From Mytilus edulis (lineage: Eukaryota), in NCBI RefSeq assembly GCF_963676685.1, contig NC_092344.1, positions 29,946,001-30,010,000 on the forward strand: a stretch of DNA of 64,000 nt, read 5' to 3'. Each line of letters opens with the position of its first letter. Position 1 is the stretch's first letter. Shown here one piece after another: positions 27,379 to 41,500 of this stretch. Below the pieces are notes generated by a model. That model made no database searches, had not been told where the DNA came from, and worked only from the letters and a program-made list of their open reading frames with translations. Position numbers and translations under genes: made by a program.

Positions 27379-29953
27379 GGTCTAAAAACAGCACATATAT
27401 ACAGCAGATAATTACACAATTGGTTTTCAAGTGTATAAAGGTAACTAGTGTTAATGCGTCTTTGTCTGACATTTATCTATTAGTCGTTATATTAAATTGT
27501 GATAAATATAATTATTAGTTGATAGTGACTTTTTATTATAATTTGACCAAGCCTGGTTGCATAGTTCTGTAACCTACAAAATGAACAATCTTTGACCTTT
27601 AGAGGGTTAGTGTCTTCTGTCGATCTATCTCTTCAAAGTACAAATACTACATTTATTTTCCCTGAATACCAAACCACTAACCTGACAAAAGTACAGACAA
27701 TCTCGTCTGTTATTTTTACAAAAATTAGTATACATGTACAAGATTACACCCAATGTTAATACAAGAAAATGTTACCCAATCAATTAGCAATGTGTCCAAT
27801 GAGGTAAAATGGAGGAGGAAAGAGCTGAATACTCTACAGTTTAAAACTAACCATAGTACACACACAGGTTCATGTTTATGTAGTGTTAACCACAATATTT
27901 GGACTTACTTAATTACGTGTTTCTCAGCCATTAAAACGTCTGCTTAATAAGGTTTACCTTGTATTACATCAAAGTTTGACCACAATTTGTGAAATTCTTC
28001 ATAATCTGGTTAACCACAAAAAATAAACTTGAAACTTTCTATCAATCAACTACTGCAATTATGAAAAATGGTTCAAAAACTTTCTAAAGCTATAAAAATA
28101 TAAATACGCAGAAAAGTCAATGTCTAATTAAACTTGCTAATTTGAAAGGTTCAGGGTCAGAACTAGACCTTAAAAGGTCTGCTATATAACACCTTGAATG
28201 GCTAACTGGTGAGAAAAAATAAATGAAAAGTAAAATCACAAAAATACTGAACGCCGAGGAAAATTCAAAAAGGAAAGTCCCCAATCAAATGGCAAAATCA
28301 TAAGTTCAAACAAATCAAACAAATGGATAATAACTGTCATATTCCTGACTGGTACAGGCATTTAAGTGAAACTTAAATTGCCTTGATATTGAAATTTCTC
28401 TCCAGACAGTCACCGAGGACATTTGTATTTATCAGACTAATGATACAATGTGCACATTGAACTCTTAAAAAAAAATGTTTATACATGTATAACTAAACAC
28501 AAGATTATTTTTTTTTCAACATCTTAATCGTAAAACTTGTGTACGGTAATTACTTATAGATATTGTACCTCAGTGTGAAGTTTTAGTATTGGTTTATCTC
28601 ATTGTCAAAGGCATATGGAGATCTATAATTGCTAATATTCACTTATTTGTAGTTTGAACTCTGGTGGATGGCTGTCTCATTTGCAAACATACTAGATATC
28701 ATTCGTTAAGTCCAAAAACCAAATGTGACAACTCACCCCTGTCAAATATATCTAGTAGTAGGTCAGAAAATTGCGGTATAAAATTTGTTGGATGGAGAGA
28801 AGGACTTACAAATGGTTGCGTTAACACTTTCACTCTGAGAATGGGGTATAATATCAAATTGATCTAGACTTCTTATATAACCTTTTCTCCATACTTATTT
28901 CATAACTTCAATGAAGCACATGCTTTTTATTTCGCTTTTGCTTAGTCATATATAGTTTGAGATAGCATGGAAGTACTACATGACTTTCATGGACAGAGTA
29001 TTTTTAATTGTGGTCAGGCTAATCCTCTTAATCTTTTAAATAATCCTCAGAAGATTTTTTCTTTCCAAAATCTGGAACATAACTTTTTTCTATTCTCTTT
29101 ACTCTGCCAAAAAAAAAAGTCATGTCAGTACCAGGATTATAAATATAAGAAGATGTGGTATGATTGCCAATGAGACAACTTATAATCCATCAAAGACAAA
29201 GGATTAGAACTACATCACCTTTAATGGCCTTCAACAATATCAAAATCCTCACTTTTTTCATCCAAAAAAAAATCATTTAGGGAGAAATTAAAGAAAGAAA
29301 TACATTTTGTAACAGAAAATACAAAAAAAAAATATTTCTAAATTCTCTATTGCAAACTGAGCATAAAAGTTTGGTAAGTTTCTATATGTCCTTATTCCAA
29401 GACACAACTTTCATATTTAATTTAAACATAATGTCAATCAATACTATTAAACAAACATAAGTATCAATAGGAATTAATCATGTGCAAAAACTGGCACAAA
29501 AATTAATCCTTTAGTGATTTGTCCAGCCAACAAGATGATCTCATTATCTACCATGATTTGGACTAATCACGCAGTGCTGATGGCAAAAAAAGAAAATATT
29601 TTTTCAACCTATTATGAGTATTTAATGCTCAGTACATAGTAATTTATTTTCTATTCAAATATGAGGCCCTACAATGATAACATAAGTCTTTTTATTCAGT
29701 CTAAAGTTTCCCCCAGATTAAAATGACCACCACTTTGACCACCGCATTGGTATTATACAGGCCTAATATAATGACATTGTGGTTTTAATCATTTCATACT
29801 TCAACTTTATAAATATAATTTGTTTTTTTTAAAGTAACTATGATATCTAAATGAAGCTTATTGAATGATGTTGTATGACCAAAGAGGGCTATATACTGAA
29901 GTCAAATGGCTTTGAAGATGTAATTGTCTATACATGTATTTCCAATTAATGTA

Positions 29954-30162
29954 CTGTGGATTCATTTATTTTCGTGGGTATCAATTTGCATGAATTGCTG
30001 AAAACTTGCATATTTGTGGATATTTTATTTTGTGGTTTTGCCAATCTCTGTATACAAAGCCTATTGAAATTATGTAATTCGTTAAAGATTTGAATTTGTG
30101 GTTCACCTGTTACCATGAAACCCAAGAAAATTGGTATCCAACGAATAATAATGAATCCACAT
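29954..30162 (-). mobile_element. Second, inverted copy of the ~210-bp TA-MITE
   Basis: TA|CTGTGGATTCATTT ... AATGAATCCACAT|TA; reverse complement aligns with 12902-13111. Confidence 0.8.
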
Positions 30163-32302
30163 TATTACAAAACAATGTCCCCAATTGTGTGTTTGAAGCA
30201 AGGTAGACATTAATAATTGATACCAAAGAAAGAACGTAGGAAGCCATCATGATCTAACTCACTTCTGCCCTTTATTAGTTATTCATATCAACAGCCTATA
30301 TCCAAGAAATGATTCACGTAAATACATGACTGGGTCCACATCTTACAAAAATCAATTAATAACAATGGTCCCCAGATTCAAGTTACTTTGGTTCAACGGG
30401 CTCAAATTTTTACATTATTACCACTTTTCAGTACAGGATTTTTTTAATATGAACTCTCTCATCATATATCTATTGATCAGAAAAATTCCCCAGTTTTTTT
30501 CCTGAATACTCCTCATTGGATACAATATAAAATTAAAGAGTCTATGGAAGATATATTATCTATAAAACTTCTTCAATCAATGCCACTGTCTGACATTTGA
30601 TAAAAAATATCATTTCCTGGTTCGTAGAACTGGCGTGGTGCAATGGAACCCCAAAGAATCTCTGTTAAAGTTCCTATAATAATGGATTCTACAAACTTTC
30701 TAAGAAAAGAAAAGGTCTCCTCCGCAAGACCTCCATTTAAACCCCTTTACCTGTTTATTTTGCCTTTAGCGTCAACCAAGGGTTGAAATGAAAGTCTGTC
30801 CAAGGTATCATTACTTTCAATATGCCCACTGAGTTCAAGTTCAATTATAATGAATAAAATATTAGTATGAAAAATTAATAAAATAATATCAATATCAACC
30901 TAGTAAAACTCCCAATGTCAGGGATTGTGCACAACATACCGTAATAAAGATATATAATTTGAAGCAATAGGACAAAGTCATTAATTTTTTCTTAATTAAA
31001 CATAGACAAATGCGTCATAAAGTTACTTGCTATATAACATACAACTCCAAGGGCGTAATGACTGCAGCAAATTTTAAAATGTGTATGACTGCTACAATAC
31101 TTATAAGTCCACTGTGACATTGAAAAGGATAAAATTCAATGATTTTATTTTCCAAGTTCAGTTACGCGAGTCTTTGTCAATAATCTGCCAAAAAGGGTCA
31201 CCTCCAAAAAAACATTGGATATTGTAAGCACCTGCTACTCTACAATAAAATCTATGCAAATTACTGAAACAAGACAAAAACACAAATATAGTATTTCAAA
31301 GCGTTACTTGGAACCATTTTTCAACTATTACTTTACCATGGATAAGCTTGGTACATTTAGGAAATCCAATGCATACATTTTTACCAACTGATCATATTTT
31401 GGCATTGACAGCGAAAAATTCCCCCATGATATAACTTTGAAAGATATATATAAAATCAATGCTGAGATAGAATTCAGGAATCAGTAAATTTTAACAAAAT
31501 CTTGATAAAACATCAGCACTTAAACCTAAAAGGACTAATGAGTTAAAATTGTAAAATGTTTTCACTGTCCCTTCATTGTTGCTTAACAGAAAATTCCACA
31601 CTAAAGAAAGTCTGAGATATGTTTACTTGATATTGTATCTGCTCAAGGAATATAATCCCTCTGCCAGATACTGAAAGATTCAAGTTCTGGAGTGATGTTT
31701 TTTTAAGGCTACAATATTGGCCTGAAAGTGACTGATCCCCCTAAGAAAAAACAACGAACAAACAAAACACAAAACACAATACCAAAAACACAAAAACCAA
31801 ATCCAAAAACACAAAAGCAGTTTAAAATATTAAATATACAACTGAAATGATATTAATATTAAAAGCTGTTATCAGATTTTTGCTTACCATGTGAAAACGT
31901 TAATTCCACAATCAATAATTAATCTTAGTGCAAATAACACTTTTAAACTGTCGGAAATTAAAAAGACATGCATATTGAACTTAAGAAGTCCAAATTCTAG
32001 AACACTGATCGAAGCTAAGAACTTTATGTACTAAATGCTCTGGAATAAAGTGTCAAGGCAGAATAATTAGAAAAACAACCAGAAATTATATTTTTGTATT
32101 TAAAGACAAAGAAACCAGTATTAAATTACAGTACCCTAAATTATCATTATGTATCAGCAAAACACAATTCATAAATTGTTATTGCAGATTCACTATTTTC
32201 ATTGGTACCAATGTAATTTTTGTGGTTTTACTGAAGAGAAGAAAATGTATTGGGATTTCTGCATATGCGCCAAAAGAAATGTGTATCTTAATCAAACTCT
32301 TA

Positions 32303-32381
32303 AAATTGTGGTTATACTGTATGAAAAGAAAATTGTGGTTGTACTGTATGAAAAGAAAATTGTGGTTGTACTGTATGAGAA
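32303..32381. repeat. 27-bp tandem triplication
   Basis: aaattgtggttgtactgtatgaaaaga x3. Confidence 0.85.
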
Positions 32382-34849
32382 GATCCCCCCCCCCCCCTTT
32401 TTATTTAATTAAGTAACTGATGGACTCTGCAATACAGATTTTATTAAAACTGCTGCAAACTACATAAAACTTTTTCCTATCAATTAAATAATAGAGTTTT
32501 CTTTTTTAATTTGTCCTATTTTGAGCATTGATATTTTTTGTACTGTTAGTAAAGTAAAATAAGAATAAAAAGACAAAATTGGGTAGATATGAATATTTAG
32601 ACAGCAACCCAAAGACACTAAATAAAACAACAGATATCTGGGATTCCCAACATATATATATTTGTTTAATATATATGTTTCCTCTGATAACTATATATAA
32701 TACTGCATTTGACCTGATTTTAATCTACCCATATATGAGCCACAGATATTTTTAGTCAAAGTTCAGGGTAAGTAAACAATTCAATCTAAATTTAGGTAAA
32801 ACACATCTATTTTAAATTTGACAAGACACATATAGATATAGGGTAATCTATGTATAAGACTAGAGTGTGTATGCACCTATAGTTGTTAATGTCTGTGTCA
32901 TTTTGGTCTTTTGTGGATAGTTGTCTCATTGGCAATCATACCACATCTTCTTTTTTATATGATTACTTCAAATAAGCTTGTATCAATAATACAATTCATT
33001 CCCCAAGCAGAGAACACGTCCCTACTTATATGCTTGACAAAACTTATACAATATACCTCAGAAAAAGATGTCAAGTGTTAATACTTTCCAGCTCTACTTA
33101 GAATAGCCATGACACGTAACAAGGTTGTTACCCAGAGGACCCTCATAACTAACAGATAACATATTGGCACAGCAAACAAATCAGGTCTACATACATTACA
33201 TAAAAAATGTAGTAGATTTTTACAAAAGGGGCATAACTCCTGGAAGCAACAAGTGTAAGTGATAACAAGTGAATTATTTGCTCTAAATAAATGAAGATGG
33301 CATACATTTTTGATGAACTCCAAATAGAAAAACCTGTTGAGTAGACTTTGACCTATAATGGTTTACTTTTACAAATTGTGACTTGGATGGAGATTTGTCT
33401 CACTGGCACTCATACCACATCTTCTTCACGTTTCTTTACATGTTTTCCCTATGTAAAATCATTTGAACAAAGACACTGCTACACCAATAATGCATGATAT
33501 TATACAGGCACCTAAAGTGTCCAATGATGATAGACCACCTTCCTCATTTCATTTTAACATTATGGAGTGAATACATGGAGCCAAATAAGACCTTTAAACT
33601 GCACATATTTCTTTACCCAATAACTTTCAATTTCTAACATCTTACAGAGTACTTAATTTCCCAGCCTCTTGCTCCCCTTAAAAGAAACTAAAAGTTTAAG
33701 ATAAAAAAGACAATTTTTAAAATTACAAATTACTCACTGTTCGAACATTATCACAGAATCTAAGCAATCACTGTTGGTAGGTTTCTCCAGTTGATCAATT
33801 GATGGACTAAATATTAAACAGACAAGCAAAATCAGGCTGCTTTTCTCTGATCAGCTGTTTCTTAGGGTTCAAAGACTATTTCATATAACAATAGTAACCC
33901 CTGAGTTTCAATCTTAGAATGTAATTATGAATCCTTGATTTTTTTTCTTCAAATTAATTGATAAAGTGATCAAAATACCTGTAGAAAATCTTTTTATGTC
34001 ATTACTGTCCAATATCTGGCACAACAGAAGGTCAGAAACTGTTGACAGATAACAGGTACATTGGTACTGGTTTTATAACCAGTTTCCAAATTGTGCATGC
34101 AATTGAATTACAGTGAGTGGTACAAGAAGTGGAAGCTACAGTGAATAACCCTTTCAAATAAAAATTAGACAAAAGGTTTTACAATACCACCCGTAGCATA
34201 GTCATCATGAACATGATAATATAAAAACCTGATTTTCAATTTTACAACTTCAGAACAAATTTAGTATATAGAATTTGGCATTCTTGTTTAATGAAACACA
34301 CCATTAATTTTCAAACCTTTTTCTTTACCTTTAGGTCTACTTTTATAGTATTCATTAAAAAGACCTTAACAATACAGAATTAAATATAGACTATATTTTA
34401 TATTTAGACTGCAAATGTCCAATATTGGGTTCTAAAATCAGCTGATTTGCATGGTCAAGGTCAACCATTGGAATTTTCTACAATAAAATCATGAGATACA
34501 AGAATGGTATTATACCATTATTATCCAGTATTTCATTTTAGCTCAAGTGTGCTTCTTGACTTCTAAGACAATAGAAATCCTCTTGCTAGACTACTTGAAT
34601 GAGTGTTTGTCCATTAATAATTTGCATAGCATTCCACTAAGACTTAAGACAATATTAGCATTTCACATTCAGTGTTATCTTACCTTGTCATATTTCTTAT
34701 TGAACTCAAGTGAGATGCTGTATCAGCTGATTCTCACGTGAGGGAAACTAGCATGTAGATCAGCAAATTCTTACTTTTACTTTCAGCAGTATTTCTTTGG
34801 TATAAATTTATCAATTTTTATGTCTATAAAAGGGACATTACTCCAGAAC

Positions 34850-35411
34850 AGTAAAATAGATGCAAACCTGAATCTCCAACCTGATATGGGTTTTGTGGTA
34901 ACAAGCATTAATTTGTGCATAACTTTTATTATATTTGGTTGAGGCAAACTTAAGTAAGAGAACAGTAACAAAAATTTCAGCGGTAAAAATGACAACACCC
35001 AATTTTGAACTTGATCTGTGTTTTGTGGTGATAAGCATTGTGTATGAATTTTATAACATTTGGTTGAGTCAAACTAAAGTTACAGAAAGGAAACCAATTT
35101 TGGGGACATAATGGATGGACGGGATGGGGTAACATTTTGTCTGTGTCATGCAGTTTTAAGCATTGTGTAAGAGTTTCATAAAATTTGGGTGGAGAAAACT
35201 AAAGTTATAACTACTAGTGCAGAAAGACATTTTATAAAGGGTCATAACTCTGGAACATTAAGTGACTGGTATCACTAATTCGACCTGTCTGCAAGTTTTG
35301 GTTTTAAGCATTGCGTATGAGTTTCTTAAAATTTGGATGAGGCAATTTCTAAGTTAGATTTTAGAAATGATAATGTGAATGCCCATGTTGCCCACAGAGG
35401 GGGTATAAAAA
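34850..35411 (+). mobile_element. HINE-like element remnant with internal repeats, ~95 bp downstream of the 84-nt exon donor
   Basis: Four copies of aagcatt..t..ata.atttggttgaggcaaact; GGAT/GGAC tract; ends GGGGGTATAAAAA. Confidence 0.55.
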
Positions 35412-35504
35412 CAGGGACTTTTTTATTAACACACATAATATGTTTGGTGGATTGATATAATGATTTCAGATGTCCACACTTTTGAATGTTTATTTAATAC
35501 TCAC

Positions 35505-35588
35505 AAAATGAACAGGTAACTGGTCTGACAAAATAACAATCTACTAGACGATGAGGAAGGGGCACAACTGGTGGTGGTGGTACTGGCT
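35505..35588 (-). CDS. PIK3R1: Coding exon, 84 nt, phase 1-1: (E/K)PVPPPPVVPLPHRLVDCYFVRPVTCSF(C); Pro-rich motif + first part of C1 domain
   Basis: Minus strand: CTTAAC branch point, TTGTTTTATTTTTACAG acceptor, GTGAGT donor; joins in frame to 22977-22930 to make CSFC. Confidence 0.9.
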
Positions 35589-38500
35589 CTGTAAAAATAA
35601 AACAATTCATGTTAAGTTACTGAGGAAATAACAATCTACTAGACGATGAGGAAGGGGCCACAACTAGTGGAGGTGGTACTGGCTCTGTAAAAATAAAACA
35701 ATGAATGTTAAGTTACTGAGGAAATAACAATCTACTAGACGATGAGGAAGGGCCACAACTGGTGGTGGTGGTACTGGCTCTGTAAAAATAAAACAATTCA
35801 TGTTAAGTTACTGAGGAAATAACAATCTACTAGACGATGAGGAAGGGGCCACAACTAGTGGAGGTGGTACTGGCTCTGTAAAAATAAAACAATGAATGTT
35901 AAGTTACTGAGGAAATAACAATCTACTAGACGATGAGGAAAGGGCCACAACTGGTGGTGGTGGTACTGGCTCTGTAAAAATAAAACAATTCATGTTAAGT
36001 TACTGAGGAAATAACAATCTACTAGACGATGAGGAAGGGGCCACAACTGGTGGAGGTGGTACTGGCTCTGTAAAATAAAACAATTCATGTTAAGTTACTG
36101 AGGAAATAACAATCTACTAGACGATGAGGAAGGGGCACAACTAGTGGTGGTGGTACTGGCTCTGTAAAAATAAAACAATGCATGTTAAGTTACTGAGGAA
36201 ATAACAATCTACTAGACGATGAGGAAGGGGCACAACTGGTGGAGGTGGTACTGGCTCTGTAAAAATAAAACAATGCATGTTAAGTTACTGAGGAAATAAC
36301 AATCTACTAGACGATGAGGAAGGGGCACAACTGGTGGTGGTGGTACTGGCTCTGTAAAAATAAAACAATTCATGTTAAGTTACTGAGGAAATAACAATCT
36401 ACTAGACGATGAGGAAGGGGCACAACTGGTGGAGGTGGTACTGGCTCTGTAAAAATAAAACAATTCATGTTAAGTTACTGAGGAAATAACAATCTACTAG
36501 ACGATGAGGAAAGGGCCACAACTGGTGGAGGTGGTACTGGCTCTGTAAAAATAAAACAATGAATGTTAAGTTACTGAGGAAATAACAATCTACTAGACGA
36601 TGAGGAAAGGGCCACAACTGGTGGAGGTGGTACTGGCTCTGTAAAAATAAAACAATGAATGTTAAGTTACTGAGGAAATAACAATCTACTAGACAATGAG
36701 GAAGGGGCACAACTGGTGGAGGTGGTACTGGCTCTGTAAAAATAAAACAATGAATGTTAAGTTACTGAGGAAATAACAATCTACTAGACAATGAGGAAGG
36801 GGCACAACTGGTGGAGGTGGTACTGGCTCTGTAAAAATAAAACAATGAATGTTAAGTTACTGAGGAAATAACAATCTACTAGACGATGAGGAAGGGGCAC
36901 AACTGGTGGTGGTGGTACTGGCTCTGTAAAAATAAAACAATTCATGTTAAGTTACTGAGGAAATAACAATCTACTAGACGATGAGGAAGGGGAACAACTG
37001 GTGGTGGTGGTACTGGCTCTGTAAAAATAAAACAATGCATGTTAAGTTACTGAGGAAATAACAATCTACTAGACGATGAGGAAGGGGAACAACTGGTGGT
37101 GGTGGTACTGGCTCTGTAAAAATAAAACAATGCATGTTAAGTTACAGAGGAAATAACAATCTACTAGACGATGAGGAAGGGGCACAACTGGTGGTGGTGG
37201 TACTGGCTCTGTAAAAATAAAACAATGCATGTTAAGTTACTGAGGAAATAACAATCTACTAGACGATGAGGAAAGGGCCACAACTGGTGGAGGTGGTACT
37301 GGCTCTGTAAAAATAAAACAATTCATGTTAAGTTACAGAGGAAATAACAATCTACTAGACGATGAGGAAGGGCCACAACTGGTGGTGGTGGTACTGGCTC
37401 TGTAAAAATAAAACAATTCATGTTAAGTTACAGAGGAAATAACAATCTACTAGACTATGAGGAAGGGGAACAACTGGTGGTGGTGGTACTGGCTCTGTAA
37501 AAATAAAACAATTCATGTTAAGTTACAGAGGAAATAACAATCTACTAGACGATGAGGAAGGGGAACAACTGGTGGTGGTGGTACTGGCTCTGTAAAAATA
37601 AAACAATTCATGTTAAGTTACTGAGGAAATAACAATCTACTAGACAATGAGGAAGGGGAACAACTGGTGGAGGTGGTACTGGCTCTGTAAAAATAAAACA
37701 ATTCATGTTAAGTTACAGAGGAAATAACAATCTACTAGACGATGAGGAAGGGGAACAACTGGTGGAGGTGGTACTGGCTCTGTAAAAATAAAACAATGCA
37801 TGTTAAGTTACTGAGGAAATAACAATCTACTAGACGATGAGGAAGGGGAACAACTGGTGGTGGTGGTACTGGCTCTGTAAAAATAAAACAATGCATGTTA
37901 AGTTACAGAGGAAATAACAATCTACTAGACGATGAGGAAGGGGAACAACTGGTGGTGGTGGTACTGGCTCTGTAAAAATAAAACAATTCATGTTAAGTTA
38001 CTGAGGAAATAACAATCTACTAGACGATGAGGAAGGGGCCACAACTGGTGGTGGTGGTACTGGCTCTGTAAAAATAAAACAATTCATGTTAAGTTACTGA
38101 GGAAATAACAATCTACTAGACGATGAGGAAGGGGCACAACTGGTGGTGGTGGTACTGGCTCTGTAAAAATAAAACAATTCATGTTAAGTTACAGAGGAAA
38201 TAACAATCTACTAGACGATGAGGAAGGGGAACAACTGGTGGTGGTGGTACTGGCTCTGTAAAAATAAAACAATGCATGTTAAGTTACTGAGGAAATAACA
38301 ATCTACTAGACGATGAGGAAGGGGAACAACTGGTGGTGGTGGTACTGGCTCTGTAAAAATAAAACAATGCATGTTAAGTTACTGAGGAAATAACAATCTA
38401 CTAGACGATGAGGAAGGGGCACAACTGGTGGTGGTGGTACTGGCTCTGTAAAAATAAAACAATTCATGTTAAGTTACTGAGGAAATAACAATCTACTAGA

Positions 38501-41500
38501 CGATGAGGAAAGGGCCACAACTGGTGGTGGTGGTACTGGCTCTGTAAAAATAAAACAATGAATGTTAAGTTACTGAGGAAATAACAATCTACTAGACGAT
38601 GAGGAAGGGGCACAACTGGTGGTGGTGGTACTGGCTCTGTAAAAATAAAACAATTCATGTTAAGTTACTGAGGAAATAACAATCTACTAGACGATGAGGA
38701 AGGGGAACAACTGGTGGAGGTGGTACTGGCTCTGTAAAAATAAAACAATTCATGTTAAGTTACTGAGGAAATAACAATCTACTAGACGATGAGGAAGGGG
38801 AACAACTGGTGGTGGTGGTACTGGCTCTGTAAAAATAAAACAATTCATGTTAAGTTACTGAGGAAATAACAATCTACTAGACGATGAGGAAGGGGAACAA
38901 CTGGTGGTGGTGGTACTGGCTCTGTAAAAATAAAACAATTCATGTTAAGTTACTGAGGAAATAACAATCTACAAGACGATGAGGAAGGGGCACAACTGGT
39001 GGTGGTGGTACTGGCTCTGTAAAAATAAAACAATGAATGTTAAGTTACTGAGGAAATAACAATCTACTAGACGATGAGGAAGGGGCACAACTGGTGGTGG
39101 TGGTACTGGCTCTGTAAAAATAAAACAATTCATGTTAAGTTACTGAGGAAATAACAATCTACTAGACGATGAGGAAGGGGCACAACTGGTGGAGGTGGTA
39201 TTGGCTCTGTAAAAATAAAACAATTCATGTTAAGTTACTGAGGAAATAACAATCTACTAGACGATGAGGAAGGGGCACAACTGGTGGAGGTGGTATTGGC
39301 TCTGTAAAAATAAAACAATTCATGTTAAGTTACTGAGGAAATAACAATCTACTAGACGATGAGGAAGGGGCCACAACTGGTGGTGGTGGTACTGGCTCTG
39401 TAAAAATAAAACAATTCATGTTAAGTTACTGAGGAAATAACAATCTACTAGACGATGAGGAAGGGGCCACAACTGGTGGAGGTGGTATTGGCTCTGTAAA
39501 AATAAAACAATTCATGTTAAGTTACTGAGGAAATAACAATCTACTAGACGATGAGGAAGGGGCCACAACTGGTGGAGGTGGTATTGGCTCTGTAAAAATA
39601 AAACAATTCATGTTAAGTTACTGAGGAAATAACAATCTACTAGACGATGAGGAAGGGTCCACAACTGGTGGTGGTGGTACTGGCTCTGTAAAAATAAAAC
39701 AATTCATGTTAAGTTACTGAGGAAATAACAATCTACCAGACAATGAGGAAGGGGCACAACTGGTGGTGGTGGTACTGGCTCTGTAAAAATAAAACAATTC
39801 ATGTTAAGTTACTGAGGAAATAACAATCTACTAGACGATGAGGAAGGGGCCACAACTGGTGGAGGTGGTATTGGCTCTGTAAAAATAAAACAATACATGT
39901 TAAGTTACTGAGGAAATAACAATCTACTAGACGATGAGGAAGGGGAACAACTGGTGGTGGTGGTACTGGCTCTGTAAAAATAAAACAATGCATGTTAAGT
40001 TACTGACAAAATAACAATCTACTAGACGATGAGGAAGGGGCACAACTAGTGGAGGTGGTACTGGCTCTGTAAAAATAAAACAATTCATGTTAAGTTACTG
40101 AGGAAATAACAATCTACTAGACAATGAGGAAGGGGCACAACTGGTGGTGGTGTTACTGGCTCTGTAAAAATAAAACAATTCATGTTAAGTTTCTGACAAA
40201 ATAACAATCTACTAGACGATGAGGAAGGGGCACAACTAGTGGAGGTGGTACTGGCTCTGTAAAAATAAAACAATTCATGTTAAGTTACTGAGGAAATAAC
40301 AATCTACTGGACGATGAGGAAGTGGCCACAACTGGTGGTGGTGGTACTGGCTCTGTAAAAATAAAACAATTCATGTTAAGTTACTGAGGAAATAACAATC
40401 TACTAGACGATGAGGAAGGGGAACAACTGGTAGAGGTGGTACTGGCTCTGTAAAAATAAAACAATGCATGTTAAGTTACTGAGGAAATACCAATCTACTA
40501 GACAATGAGAAAGGGCACAACTGGTGGTGGTGGTACTGGCTCTGTAAAAATAAAACAATTCATGTTAAGTCACTGAGGAAATAACAATCTACTAGACGAT
40601 GAGGAAGGGGAATAACTGGTGGAGGTGGTACTGGCTCTGTAAAAATAAAACAATGCATGTTAAGTTACTGAGGAAATAACAATCTACTAGACAATGAGGA
40701 AGGGGAACAACTGGTGGAGGTGGTACTGGCTCTGTAAAAATAAAACAATGCATGTTAAGTTACTGAGGAAATAACAATCTACTAGACGATGAGGAAGGGG
40801 CACAACTGGTGGAGGTGGTACTGGCTCTGTAAAAATAAAACAATTCATGTTAAGTTACTGAGGAAATAACAATCTACTAGACAATGAGGAAGGGGAACAA
40901 CTGGTGGAGGTGGTACTGGCTCTGTAAAAATAAAACAATTCATGTTAAGTTACTGAGGAAATAACAATCTACTAGACGATGAGGAAGGGGAACAACTGGT
41001 GGAGGTGGTACTGGCTCTGTAAAAATAAAACAATTCATGTTAAGTTACTGAGGAAATAACAATCTACTAGACAATGAGGAAGGGGAACAACTGGTGGAGG
41101 TGGTACTGGCTCTGTAAAAATAAAACAATTCATGTTAAGTTACTGAGGAAATAACAATCTACTAGACAATGAGGAAGGGGAACAACTGGTGGAGGTGGTA
41201 CTGGCTCTGTAAAAATAAAACAATGCATGTTAAGTTACTGAGGAAATAACAATCTACTAGACAATGAGGAAGGGGAACAACTGGTGGTGGCGGTACTGGC
41301 TCTGTAAAAATAAAACAATTCATGTTAAGTTACTGAGGAAATAACAATCTACTAGACGATGAGGAAGGGGCCACAACTGGTGGAGGTGGTATTGGCTCTG
41401 TAAAAATAAAACAATTCATGTTAAGTTACTGAGGAAATAACAATCTACTAGACGATGAGGAAGGGTCCACAACTGGTGGTGGTGGTACTGGCTCTGTAAA

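Larger units (their letters stand above)
9559..35588 (-). other. PIK3R1: Internal part of a large multi-exon gene (4 exons located): poly-Pro + C1 + SAM, probably a long invertebrate-type class IA PI3K regulatory subunit (p85/PIK3R1-like); no other exons found, so both ends probably lie outside the window
   Basis: Four GT-AG exons splice in consistent phases (1-1, 1-1, 1-0, 0-0) into one stop-free peptide containing a full C1 motif H-X12-C-X2-C-X13-C-X2-C-X4-H-X2-C-X8-C followed ~20 aa later by a SAM N-terminus (W..ENV.EWM....LY.YA..F...I.G). The domains are seen directly; the family assignment is from recall of the invertebrate p85 architecture (SH3-Pro-C1-SAM-C1-RhoGAP-SH2), not from a search. 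Confidence 0.7.

Noticed and set aside
33738-33806. 69-nt segment ending in CA|GTGAGT on the minus strand
   Set aside because: Open only in phase 2, incompatible with the flanking phase-1 exons, and it would split the C1 domain.
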